Assembly (NCBI GenBank): GCA_964549305.1
Contig: CAZJVM010000067.1
Location: forward strand, 1 to 12,947
From: an uncultured bacterium
GTDB taxonomy: Bacteria; Schekmanbacteria; GWA2-38-11; J061
Direction of reading: 5' to 3'
DNA length: 12,947 bases
Positions within the stretch are counted from its first letter, which is position 1. Each line of letters starts with the position of its first letter. Of the stretch, positions 1-8,064 are shown piece by piece. The notes below the pieces were generated by a model. That model was given only the letters and a program-made list of their open reading frames with translations. It had not been told where the DNA came from and did not search any database. The translations under genes and the position numbers were made by a program.

Positions 1-53
1 GATGTTAAGTATACAATATTCCTTATGCCAAACATTTCAGGAGATGTTTTTAT

Positions 54-2804
54 ATGAAAATCAGGGGAGCAAGAGTAAATAATCTCAGGAACATTTCCTG
101 CACTGTGCCTGATGGCAAAATAACGGTAATAACGGGTCTTTCCGGTTCGGGGAAATCCTCGCTTGCCTTTGATACCATATTCGCCGAAGGACAACGCCGC
201 TATGTTGACTGTCTTTCGACCTATGCAAGGCAGTTTATCGAGAAGATGAAAAAGCCCGATGTAGATGAAATAACGGGAGTTCAGCCGGCAATCGCTGTTG
301 AGCAGAAAAACACAGTTAGAAATTCCCGTTCGACGGTAGGAAGCTTAAGCGAAATAAATGATTATCTGAAGCTTCTCTTCTCAAGGTGCGGCGTTACGGT
401 TTGTCCACGGTGTAATGTTGAAGCACGGAAGTTTTCTCCTCAAAGTCTCTCCGATTATCTACTTGCCGGTTTCGGGGGCACAAATGCCGTTTCTTTCATT
501 CCGCTATTGTCAAGTGACTTCGAAGACGGCGAAGAGGCGCGCAGACGCATAGAGGAAAAAGGGTTTACGCGTGTTATTGCGGGCGGAAAAGTAGTGTATA
601 TCGATGAGATTGAAGCGGATGCGCTGAAATCAGGCGACATGATATATGTCGTTTCCGACAGGTTTGATATTTGCTTCGGGAAACGAAAGAGAATAGTTGA
701 AAGCATCGAGTCGGCAGAAGTGTTTGAAAGCGATGAGTGGGGAATAATGACGGAAGACTCGAAGGTTAAAATATTTACTTTTGCATTTGCCTGTCCCGAA
801 TGCGGGGAAAAATTTGATAAATTGTCACCGGCGCATTTCTCTTCTAATTCACCGGCAGGTGCCTGCGACTCCTGCCATGGTTTCGGAAGAGTCATTGATT
901 ACGACATTGACAAGATAATTCCCGACAAAACCCTCCCTTTTAACAAAGGTGCCGTCGCGCCGTGGAATTCCCCCGCCTATGAGGAGTTTTACATTCCTTT
1001 AAGGCGTGAATTTTTAAACAAAGGCATTTCATTCTCATCATCCTTCAATGACCTTTCTCCCGAAGACAGAAAACTGCTTATCGACGGCAATGATGATTTT
1101 TGGGGAATAAAGGGGTTTTTCGCCTATCTCGAAGAACGAAGATACAAGATGCATATTCGGGTTTTGCTTTCGAAATACAGAATGTACAGGCGGTGTCCGG
1201 AATGCCGCGGAAGCAGACTGAAGAGAAAATCACTGGAAGTAAAAATTCTCGGGAAAAATATATTTGAGATTCAGACAATGCCGGTACGGACGCTTGGTGA
1301 TTTTTTCAATTCCTCATCATTTGACGGCGAATGCTTCAAATCCGGCGAGGTCGTATTGAGGGAGGTAAGAAGCAGGGTAGGGTATCTTCTCGATGTGGGG
1401 CTTGGATATCTGACTCTTGACAGGCAGGCAAGGACATTGAGCGGTGGAGAGATGCAGAGGATAAACCTGTCAAAAGCTCTTGGCTCCCTTCTTACGGAAA
1501 CCTTGTATGTCCTCGATGAGCCTACGGTAGGACTTCATCCGCGCGATACGGACAAGTTGAAAGGCGTGCTTTCCGCTTTAAGCGGACGAGGTAATACTGT
1601 TGTCATAGTCGAGCACGATGAATCGGTGATAAAAATGGCCGGACATATAATTGACCTTGGTCCAGGCGCAGGTGAAAAGGGAGGCGAGGTTGTTTTTGAG
1701 GGGACTTTCGATGAATTGAAAGAAGATAAAAAATCCGTAACCGCGAAATACATAGATATGCCTCCGTCATTTGCCAGGAGGAATGTGATAAACAAATCGA
1801 AAGAAGCGATTGTCGTGCGGGCAGCGAGGAGAAATAACATCAGGGGAGAGGATTTCAGGGTTCCGCTTGGCAGATTTTCCTGCGTTACGGGAGTTTCAGG
1901 TTCGGGGAAGTCAACATTTATGAAGGGAATACTGTATCCCGCGCTGAAAGCGGTCAAAGAAGGAAAGCCAAACGGTAAAAAACACTGCGCCAAAATTGAT
2001 GGCAGTGAATACATCGATGACGTAATTCTCATTGACCAGTCTCCGCCGGCAAAATCGAAGCGTTCCAATCCCGTGACTTATGTTAAGGCATACAATGAAA
2101 TAAGGAAAATAATGGCGGATTGCAGAGTTGCGCGTATCGAGGGAGTGACGGAAAGCCATTTTTCCTTTAACGCGGGCGAGGGAAGGTGTCCCAGGTGCGC
2201 GGGTTTGGGATTTGAAAGAATCGAGATGCAGTTTCTGGCGGATATCGATATGGTCTGCGAGGAGTGTGAGGGCAGACGTTTTACGAAGAAGGTTTTGTCA
2301 GTAAAATACCGCGGGAAGAATATAGCGGAAATTCTCGATATGACAGTGAGCGAGGCGGAAATATTTTTTGAAGACTCTAAAAAGGTATTAAGGAAACTTT
2401 CGTTTTTATCTGATATGGGACTTGGATATCTTCGTCTTGGGCAGAGGACATCCACACTGAGCGGAGGAGAGGCACAACGCCTTAAACTTGCCGGTATGCT
2501 TGCTGAGCAGAAAAAATCGTCGAAATATCTTTTTCTCTTCGATGAACCCACTACGGGACTTCATATGGCGGACATCGAAAACCTCGTAGTTGTATTCAGA
2601 AGAATGGTCAGTCAGGGACATTCAGTGCTTGCTGTGGAGCATAACCCCGATTTTATTCTTCAGTGCGATTATGTTATAGATATGGGACCAGAAGGAGGCG
2701 ATGGGGGAGGAAAAATTGTGTGCCAGGGAAGCATTGATGATATAATTGTCTGCGGAAGGTCGCATACAGGAAGATATCTTGTGGAAAGGTTGAATTTTTA
2801 CTAA
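54..2804 (+). CDS. uvrA: Excinuclease ABC subunit A (UvrA), probably a second-copy/UvrA2-type paralog
   Basis: 916 aa. N-terminal [12 protein letters not shown], two Walker A motifs ([18 protein letters not shown]), two ABC signatures ([16 protein letters not shown]), Walker B motifs ([22 protein letters not shown]), CxxC zinc modules (CPRC/CPEC, CDSC/CPEC, CPRC/CEEC), EGQRRYV and EMQFL hairpin. AGGAG at 39-43 precedes ATG 54. Confidence 0.97.
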   Translation: MKIRGARVNNLRNISCTVPDGKITVITGLSGSGKSSLAFDTIFAEGQRRYVDCLSTYARQFIEKMKKPDVDEITGVQPAIAVEQKNTVRNSRSTVGSLSEINDYLKLLFSRCGVTVCPRCNVEARKFSPQSLSDYLLAGFGGTNAVSFIPLLSSDFEDGEEARRRIEEKGFTRVIAGGKVVYIDEIEADALKSGDMIYVVSDRFDICFGKRKRIVESIESAEVFESDEWGIMTEDSKVKIFTFAFACPECGEKFDKLSPAHFSSNSPAGACDSCHGFGRVIDYDIDKIIPDKTLPFNKGAVAPWNSPAYEEFYIPLRREFLNKGISFSSSFNDLSPEDRKLLIDGNDDFWGIKGFFAYLEERRYKMHIRVLLSKYRMYRRCPECRGSRLKRKSLEVKILGKNIFEIQTMPVRTLGDFFNSSSFDGECFKSGEVVLREVRSRVGYLLDVGLGYLTLDRQARTLSGGEMQRINLSKALGSLLTETLYVLDEPTVGLHPRDTDKLKGVLSALSGRGNTVVIVEHDESVIKMAGHIIDLGPGAGEKGGEVVFEGTFDELKEDKKSVTAKYIDMPPSFARRNVINKSKEAIVVRAARRNNIRGEDFRVPLGRFSCVTGVSGSGKSTFMKGILYPALKAVKEGKPNGKKHCAKIDGSEYIDDVILIDQSPPAKSKRSNPVTYVKAYNEIRKIMADCRVARIEGVTESHFSFNAGEGRCPRCAGLGFERIEMQFLADIDMVCEECEGRRFTKKVLSVKYRGKNIAEILDMTVSEAEIFFEDSKKVLRKLSFLSDMGLGYLRLGQRTSTLSGGEAQRLKLAGMLAEQKKSSKYLFLFDEPTTGLHMADIENLVVVFRRMVSQGHSVLAVEHNPDFILQCDYVIDMGPEGGDGGGKIVCQGSIDDIIVCGRSHTGRYLVERLNFY

Positions 2805-2859
2805 CTTTTTTTTAGCTTATGAAACTTGTGTGAAAAGTTATATATTGACTCTGATTGAT

Positions 2860-3879
2860 ATGAGGAATTTTTTAAAAATACAGATAATTGCCGTTATTTT
2901 GCTGATTTTTCCACTCCTGTCAGTATACGCGGAAAACAAAGACGGTTCGAATTCGGGAAAAAAGGTAAACGATACAATAGCGGAACTTCTTACCATAAAT
3001 ATTGACGGCACCGGACTCACGCGACTTACCTTCAACAGTTATTATGAAAACCACGCTCACGTTTCTCCAGACGGGACGAAGATACTTTTTACTGTTTTTA
3101 CGAAAGATACAAACGGCACCGGAGTGGGCGAAGACGATATGAATGCTTCTGAAATAGGAATAATGGATATTGACGGCAGTAATTATACTTTGCTTACAGA
3201 TAATGATTACGCCGATTTCGGCGCGGTGTGGAGTCCTGACGGGGGAAGCATAATATTTTCCACAAACCGTCATAAAAAGCAGTTTGACATTGCTACGATA
3301 AATATCGACGGCAGTGGTTTTACCCGCCTTACTTCCACAAAAAAACGCTATGAAATGGACCCTCACCGGATAGGCGATATAATAGTGTTTACAAAGTGGA
3401 ATCCATACAAAAAATCAAATGTAAAAATCTGGAAAATGAACAGTGACGGAAGCAATAAGAAAAGATTGACGTATCCAAAGTTAAAAAAGACAATCGAGGG
3501 AACACCCCTGGGGGATATGGATCCTAAAATTTCACCTGACGGAACGATGGTCGCTTTTGAAAGGCATAAAAATAACAAGAGAAACCACGGTCTTGGCAAA
3601 TATGATATCTATACAATCAACATTGACGGCACCGGACTCAGGAAAATCACGGGGAGAAAGTCCGCTGAAGCAGTGCCGACCTGGTCGCCTGACGGAAGCA
3701 AGCTGACCTATTGGTCGGTAAACAATAAAACGTTCAATGCGTTCGGAATTTTTATAATTAACACAGACGGCAGTGGACGGGTTAAAATATCCAAGGGGCT
3801 TTTCCCCCTTTACGTGGAAATGCCAAGCTGGATAGATGAAGACACTTTAATCTTCAGCGGAAAATCTCCGGAATGGTAG
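2860..3879 (+). CDS. Secreted TolB-like (PD40-repeat) six-bladed beta-propeller protein
   Basis: Signal-peptide-like N-terminus from ATG 2860 (MRNFLKIQIIAVILLIFPLLSVYA); the ORF track starts at GTG 2830. Repeated (W/V/I)SPDG..I.F motifs and six repeats of type INIDGTGLTRLT, MDIDGSNYTLLT, INIDGSGFTRLT, MNSDGSNKKRLT, INIDGTGLRKIT, INTDGSGRVKIS. No TolB N-terminal domain and no tol-pal neighbours, so not true TolB. Confidence 0.88.
   Translation: MRNFLKIQIIAVILLIFPLLSVYAENKDGSNSGKKVNDTIAELLTINIDGTGLTRLTFNSYYENHAHVSPDGTKILFTVFTKDTNGTGVGEDDMNASEIGIMDIDGSNYTLLTDNDYADFGAVWSPDGGSIIFSTNRHKKQFDIATINIDGSGFTRLTSTKKRYEMDPHRIGDIIVFTKWNPYKKSNVKIWKMNSDGSNKKRLTYPKLKKTIEGTPLGDMDPKISPDGTMVAFERHKNNKRNHGLGKYDIYTINIDGTGLRKITGRKSAEAVPTWSPDGSKLTYWSVNNKTFNAFGIFIINTDGSGRVKISKGLFPLYVEMPSWIDEDTLIFSGKSPEW
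3001..3640 (+). repeat. Intragenic 19-nt exact direct repeat ATTGACGGCACCGGACTCA (3001-3019 and 3622-3640)
   Basis: Read directly; both copies encode IDGTGL in two propeller repeats. Confidence 0.85.
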
Positions 3880-3926
3880 CGCCAAAAATAAAAGGGAAGC
3901 TTTTCAAATAGGGAAGGGGAAAGTGA

Positions 3927-4340
3927 ATGAAATCCTATAACGAATACCTTACATTCAATACTGAAAAAAAACTGGAACTTGTGAATATAACCGCGGATGT
4001 TGAAAAAGCGATTCATAAAAGCGCGATTAAGGAAGGTATGGCGCTTGTTTCGGCAATGCACATAACGGCAGGGGTTTTTATAAACGATGAGGAGTCGGGA
4101 ATAAAAAAGGATATAGAGGAATGGCTTCAAAAGCTTGCTCCTGACGGACCCGATTACCGCCATCACAGGACAGGCGAAGTCAACGGAGATTCACATCTTA
4201 AAAGTCTTCTCATCGGAAATCAGGTCATCATACCTGTAACAAACGGCAAAGCGGACTTCGGTCCCTGGCAACAGGTTTTTTACGCGGAGTTTGACGGCAG
4301 GAGAAATAAACGGCTTCTGATAAAAGTAATCGGTGAATGA
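3927..4340 (+). CDS. yjbQ: YjbQ/UPF0047 family protein (secondary thiamine-phosphate synthase enzyme)
   Basis: 137 aa with NIT..V, MHITAGVFINDEE, YRHH..GE.NGDSHLKS, GPWQQVFYAEFDGRR motifs typical of UPF0047. Purine-rich RBS (GGGAAGGGG) upstream. Confidence 0.95.
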   Translation: MKSYNEYLTFNTEKKLELVNITADVEKAIHKSAIKEGMALVSAMHITAGVFINDEESGIKKDIEEWLQKLAPDGPDYRHHRTGEVNGDSHLKSLLIGNQVIIPVTNGKADFGPWQQVFYAEFDGRRNKRLLIKVIGE

Positions 4341-4347
4341 TGTTTTT

Positions 4348-4941
4348 CTACTTATTGGTCAATGCGGCATAGATTGCCCTGGCGAAATCCTTTGAAGCAT
4401 AAGGTCCGTCGGCAGTGATGATATTTCCGTCAACGACTACCGGTTTGTCAACATACCTGGCTTTTCCTTTTTTAAGAAATATTGTGGCGCTGTTAAACAC
4501 TGTTGCCGATTTTCCCTTGAGAATCCCCGCATTGGCAAGTGTAACGGGGGCAAGGCATATTGCGGCAATGATTTTTTTTGAGCTGTTTGCTTCCCTCGCA
4601 AAGGCGTACACTCTCTTATCGCTGTAGTATTGGCTTGCGCCTATTCCTCCTACAAGGATTAGAGCGTCATATTTTTTCATATCAACTTCATCGATTGTTA
4701 TGTCCGGAGTTACCTCTTTGCCGAACATTCCCCGCGCCGTGGATTTTGAACTGCAGGCAACAGTAACGGAAATACCCTTTGACTCAAGGAATTCTCTGGG
4801 GACAAACAGTTCTTCGTCACGGAAATTATTTTGGGCGATAATCATTACTACGGCAAGTTTTTGCTCCTGCGCGAAAGAAAAGGGAATTACAAATGTGGAA
4901 AAAATAATCAGAAAGGCAAGGAGAAGTATCATCTTTTTCAT
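4348..4941 (-). CDS. DJ-1/PfpI (ThiJ) family protein with N-terminal signal peptide
   Basis: 197 aa. NFRDEE (conserved Glu), YDALILVGG.GA, nucleophile elbow IAAICLAPVTLANAGILKGKSAT, VVVDGNIITADGP. N-terminus MKKMILLLAFLIIFSTFVIPFSFA-QEQ is Sec-like. SD AAGGAG upstream. Confidence 0.93.
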   Translation of the reverse strand: MKKMILLLAFLIIFSTFVIPFSFAQEQKLAVVMIIAQNNFRDEELFVPREFLESKGISVTVACSSKSTARGMFGKEVTPDITIDEVDMKKYDALILVGGIGASQYYSDKRVYAFAREANSSKKIIAAICLAPVTLANAGILKGKSATVFNSATIFLKKGKARYVDKPVVVDGNIITADGPYASKDFARAIYAALTNK

Positions 4942-4942
4942 T

Positions 4943-4972
4943 TTTCTACACTCCTTCAGGATTTAGTAGAAA
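4943..4972 (-). promoter_or_regulatory. Putative RBS-sequestering hairpin in the 5' leader of the DJ-1/PfpI gene
   Basis: mRNA reads UUUCUAC-UAAA-UCC-UGAA-GGA-GU-GUAGAAA immediately before the AUG: 7-bp outer stem plus UCC pairing with GGA of the SD. Confidence 0.3.
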
Positions 4973-5004
4973 TGCTAAAAGATAAATCTCACTACTATTT
5001 TAGT

Positions 5005-5898
5005 TTATAGTTCATCGAGATAATCTTCAAGAGTTTTAAATGAGAAACTGAATATATTTGCAGGGGTTTCTCCGGAAACCTGATTTTTTTCATCGAGCAT
5101 TATCAACTGCTCTCTCGTAAGAAGCGGTGCGGGCATTGTGAACTCCGAGAGGAGTGCGGCGATTCCTGCCGCAAGGCGAGGCATTGGAAAAATCAATCTT
5201 TTGAATTTCATTTTTGCGCATATCGTGTTCAACAATTCCGCCTGCGAATAAACCTTTCCTCCTCCAAGTTCGATTGTTTTGCCGTCACTTGCACCGTTAT
5301 CTATTGATTCGATAAAGCATCTTGCCACATCGCCTGCCCATACAGGTTCGAGAGTACCTTTCCCAATTGCAGGGAAAAAAGGAGAGAATTTAAGAATTTT
5401 AACGAATAAATTTATGAATTTATCTTCCCTGCCAAAAACAACGGAAGGCCTGAAAATTGTATATTTCAAGCCGGTATTTCTTAAATATTCTTCCGCCTTC
5501 CATTTTGTAATCTGGTAGCGAGTTTTGCCGTTTTCCCTTACTCCCAGTGCGCTCATTTGAATGAATTTTTCCACTCCCGATGATTTTGCCGCGTCGATGA
5601 TGTTTTTTGCTCCTTTGTAATGAATATTTTCAAATGTTACATTTTTCCTCTCTGCAATGATTCCCACAAGATTGATTACTGTTTTTTCTCCCCTTATGGC
5701 ATTCCAGAGGGTTTCCTTTTTTGTAATATCTCCACCGATAAAGGAGCATTGCTCAAAGGGGAGAAGGGATTTCGCCTTTAACGGGTCTCTTACAAGACAG
5801 GTGAAGGAATATCCTTGTTTTATGCCTTCTGAGACTATACACCTGCCTATGAAACCCGTTGCCCCCGTTATGAATATCTTTCTTCCCTTTTCAGACAT
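5005..5898 (-). CDS. NAD(P)-binding atypical SDR, complex I NDUFA9-like / NAD-dependent epimerase family
   Basis: 297 aa. IFITGATGFIG Rossmann motif, VINLVGII.E, F..IH..GA.NII.AAK..GV..FIQMSALG, YQITK (YxxxK), YTIFRPSVVFG, PV..GDVA. SD GAGG upstream. Confidence 0.92.
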   Translation of the reverse strand: MSEKGRKIFITGATGFIGRCIVSEGIKQGYSFTCLVRDPLKAKSLLPFEQCSFIGGDITKKETLWNAIRGEKTVINLVGIIAERKNVTFENIHYKGAKNIIDAAKSSGVEKFIQMSALGVRENGKTRYQITKWKAEEYLRNTGLKYTIFRPSVVFGREDKFINLFVKILKFSPFFPAIGKGTLEPVWAGDVARCFIESIDNGASDGKTIELGGGKVYSQAELLNTICAKMKFKRLIFPMPRLAAGIAALLSEFTMPAPLLTREQLIMLDEKNQVSGETPANIFSFSFKTLEDYLDEL

Positions 5899-5930
5899 AT
5901 TGTTTTCCTCTTTTACCTCCTGTAATCTAT

Positions 5931-6017
5931 CACCTTTTAAAAAAGAAGTTCAAATTTCTTCTGGTTTTTCTGAAAAAATTCAGTATAAAAAATCATACTT
6001 TTAATTTTAAAAAGGGG
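5931..6017. promoter_or_regulatory. AT-rich divergent promoter region with nested inverted repeats
   Basis: Lies between the divergent starts at 5898(-) and 6027(+). TTTTTC-T-GAAAAA (5965-5977), CTGAA-N4-TTCAG (5970-5983), AGTAT-N8-ATACT (5982-5999). Confidence 0.4.
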
Positions 6018-6026
6018 AATTTTGAA

Positions 6027-6719
6027 ATGAGCGAAAAGATAATCGACCAGATTTTCAAGAAGGTCTCTCAGGTTACAAATCTCGAATTGATAGAGGAATA
6101 TAAAGACCTTGAAAGCTTTAAAGCGCTTGACGGCAGGGATGCCGGAAGTTTCAGGGGATATAAAAGCGATAAAATAGATAAATACTCCATTGCCGAAATT
6201 AATGTGGCGCCCGGAATGACCTATTTCAACACGGGACTGAAACCAAAAACCAATTACAATATCTCCACATTTGCCATTAACTATATGGAGATGCCGGAAA
6301 TTATCCAGTTTGATGTGGACCTCTATCCGGCAGTTGACCTTGTAGAGCATCAGGATTACATTGACAAATACTATGAGCAGTTGACGGATGTTTTTTTGGA
6401 GGCCAGAAATTCCGGGGATTTCAAGTGGAAACCTTCCGATTATTCGTGGGTGAGAGTCCGCACATCGCCTTATTTCTTTATGTCACCCATTGCCAGGGAC
6501 AAGGCGGAAGAGGTGCATAAACTGATTCACGCGTATCTCGATGTATGGCTTCAGATGTTTCAGGAAGAGAAACCCGTTTCCGATGACCGGGCGAAAGCAA
6601 TCGCGTACAGAAAAAAATGTATGGTCGAGGTTATGCGCGAAAAAGAGCCCGATAAAACGGTTATTCAAAAAGTATTCGGCAACGAGTTAACTGAAAAACT
6701 TGCTCACGCTATGATGTAG
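6027..6719 (+). CDS. Ferredoxin-dependent bilin reductase (FDBR; HY2/PebAB/PcyA/RCCR)-fold protein, copy 1
   Basis: 230 aa, the size expected for the family. Motifs in FDBR order: KSDKIDK, P...YNISTFAIN (cf. P...YDLP.FG.D), DVDLYPAVDLVEHQDYIDKYYEQL (cf. HY2/RCCR LDL.P.....DY...YY), WVR..TSPYF, AYLDVWLQM, REKEP...IQKVFG (cf. (E/K)DP...L...FG). Reference motifs recalled from memory. Confidence 0.8.
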   Translation: MSEKIIDQIFKKVSQVTNLELIEEYKDLESFKALDGRDAGSFRGYKSDKIDKYSIAEINVAPGMTYFNTGLKPKTNYNISTFAINYMEMPEIIQFDVDLYPAVDLVEHQDYIDKYYEQLTDVFLEARNSGDFKWKPSDYSWVRVRTSPYFFMSPIARDKAEEVHKLIHAYLDVWLQMFQEEKPVSDDRAKAIAYRKKCMVEVMREKEPDKTVIQKVFGNELTEKLAHAMM

Positions 6720-7341
6720 CGCCTTCAAGGGTTTTGCTTTTCTTCCACAGAAAATAGCATCCGATTGCCCAGATTATTCTCGATGATACATTGAGAGTCT
6801 GCTCGAGGAAAACCGCGTAGTTTGAAGTAAAGTCAAACTGCCTGCCTATGTAACCGAGACTGAATGTCATTAGTATATCGAGGATAAAGAATATTGTTGC
6901 GCCTGTTGCTTTTCTGCGTATTGACAGGAGAATCAGGCATATTGTCATCCCCAGACCCGCGAGTATCATCATTGGAAGAAAAATCTTTTTTGAAGAAGCC
7001 ATTCCGACAGCATTTAACTTTGTCATTTCTCCTCCGCCCTTTTTCAGAAGCACCATAAGAAGAACGAAAAAGATGATTAAGAAACCGATGCCCATTAGGG
7101 GAAACTGCACATCCGAAAGTATTCTGATGTCTTTATCTACAAGAGCAATCAGGAGTTTCCACGTTGCCTTGAGCGTGCCTGCCGTTACCACAAATACGGA
7201 TGCGACTATCATTGCAATATAATAACCGTTGTTTATTTCCTTCCTTATGCTGGCGATTATGAAATATATTCCAATGATGAAAACTATATTCGGGAGATAG
7301 TCATAAAGGGCAACTCCCAAAGAAACATCCGGTGCGCTCAT
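6709..7341 (-). CDS. Hypothetical integral membrane protein (~7 TM helices)
   Basis: 210 aa with about seven hydrophobic segments and polar residues in or next to them (DYLP, GTLKATWK, QFP, EQTLN). SD TAAGGAG overlaps the upstream stop, 9-nt gap to the preceding gene. Confidence 0.8.
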   Translation of the reverse strand: MSAPDVSLGVALYDYLPNIVFIIGIYFIIASIRKEINNGYYIAMIVASVFVVTAGTLKATWKLLIALVDKDIRILSDVQFPLMGIGFLIIFFVLLMVLLKKGGGEMTKLNAVGMASSKKIFLPMMILAGLGMTICLILLSIRRKATGATIFFILDILMTFSLGYIGRQFDFTSNYAVFLEQTLNVSSRIIWAIGCYFLWKKSKTLEGATS

Positions 7342-7350
7342 TTTTTCTCC

Positions 7351-8043
7351 TTATTTAAAAAGGTAAGGCAGTATTGAGTATTTTGCCGCGATGACTCCCC
7401 CTATATCCTGCAGAAAATGAAGTATGGCAAGTGGCCACATACTCCGTGTTTTGCGGTAGATTACGAGGTAGCCTATTGTTATGGGATATTGGAGAAACAT
7501 AAATATCTGGAAATAGGGAGATACCGGTTCCATCCCGAGAAGAAACTTTGTCCAGAAAATGACGTGAATGAGTCCTATGAATCCCCAGAAGAAAATGAGC
7601 CCAAGTCCGTGTCCTAAAATTTTGGTCCATTTTCCCTCGAAGCGGTTTGCAAAGGCATCATATATATAAACCCAGATTAACTGCTCTGTGAAAGCATTTA
7701 CAGTACACCAGACGAGAAGCGTGAATGCGAAACCTCCGAAAGTCGTTTCTTCTTCAGGTGTCAGCGGTGTAATGTATGCCGCGGAGGCAATCAGTATCAT
7801 CATAAGAACAAAGAGAAATACAAAAAGCGGAGTAATCAGCTTTTCCGGGAAGTTGTAATCGACGGTACCTCTTCGCCATTTTACCACGCCCCAGCAGATG
7901 CCGTAGTAGACGAGAATAGGAAGCAGTGCGCCCGATAAATCATAAAGCCCCTTGCACAAAAAAGGCAGTCCCGCGGTGATTGCAACAGCCAGAACAATAT
8001 CCAGATTTGTCGCTTTGAAATCAACTCCCGATACTTTTGCCAT
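7351..8043 (-). CDS. CPBP (CAAX protease/Abi, type II)-like intramembrane protein with degenerate motif 1
   Basis: 230 aa, multi-TM. NAFTEQLIWV at the position of EExxxR, FIGLIH at motif FxxxH, YRKTRSMWPLAILHFLQD at motif S.W..I..HxxxN/D. SD GGAGG upstream. Confidence 0.72.
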   Translation of the reverse strand: MAKVSGVDFKATNLDIVLAVAITAGLPFLCKGLYDLSGALLPILVYYGICWGVVKWRRGTVDYNFPEKLITPLFVFLFVLMMILIASAAYITPLTPEEETTFGGFAFTLLVWCTVNAFTEQLIWVYIYDAFANRFEGKWTKILGHGLGLIFFWGFIGLIHVIFWTKFLLGMEPVSPYFQIFMFLQYPITIGYLVIYRKTRSMWPLAILHFLQDIGGVIAAKYSILPYLFK

Positions 8044-8064
8044 TGTTTCCTCCAGTTATTATAA

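Noticed and set aside
1-53. SOS/LexA box upstream of uvrA
   Set aside because: No recognisable LexA motif in the 53 nt available; further upstream sequence is outside the window.
455-2621. Six minus-strand ORFs (66-177 aa) inside uvrA
   Set aside because: Antisense to a highly conserved gene, with no recognisable motifs.
2805-2813. T-run after the uvrA stop as an intrinsic terminator
   Set aside because: No GC-rich hairpin precedes it.
2830-3879. Calling this gene tolB, or reading its repeats as a CRISPR/tandem array
   Set aside because: No TolB N-terminal domain and no tolQRA/pal context. The repeats are in-frame protein blade repeats, not constant-length repeat-spacer units.
2838-6668. 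Alternative-frame and antisense ORFs overlapping the propeller, yjbQ, DJ-1, SDR and FDBR copy 1 genes (e.g. 2920..3366, 3810..4166, 5657..6004, 5937..6350)
   Set aside because: Each overlaps a better-supported gene and has no protein-family signal.
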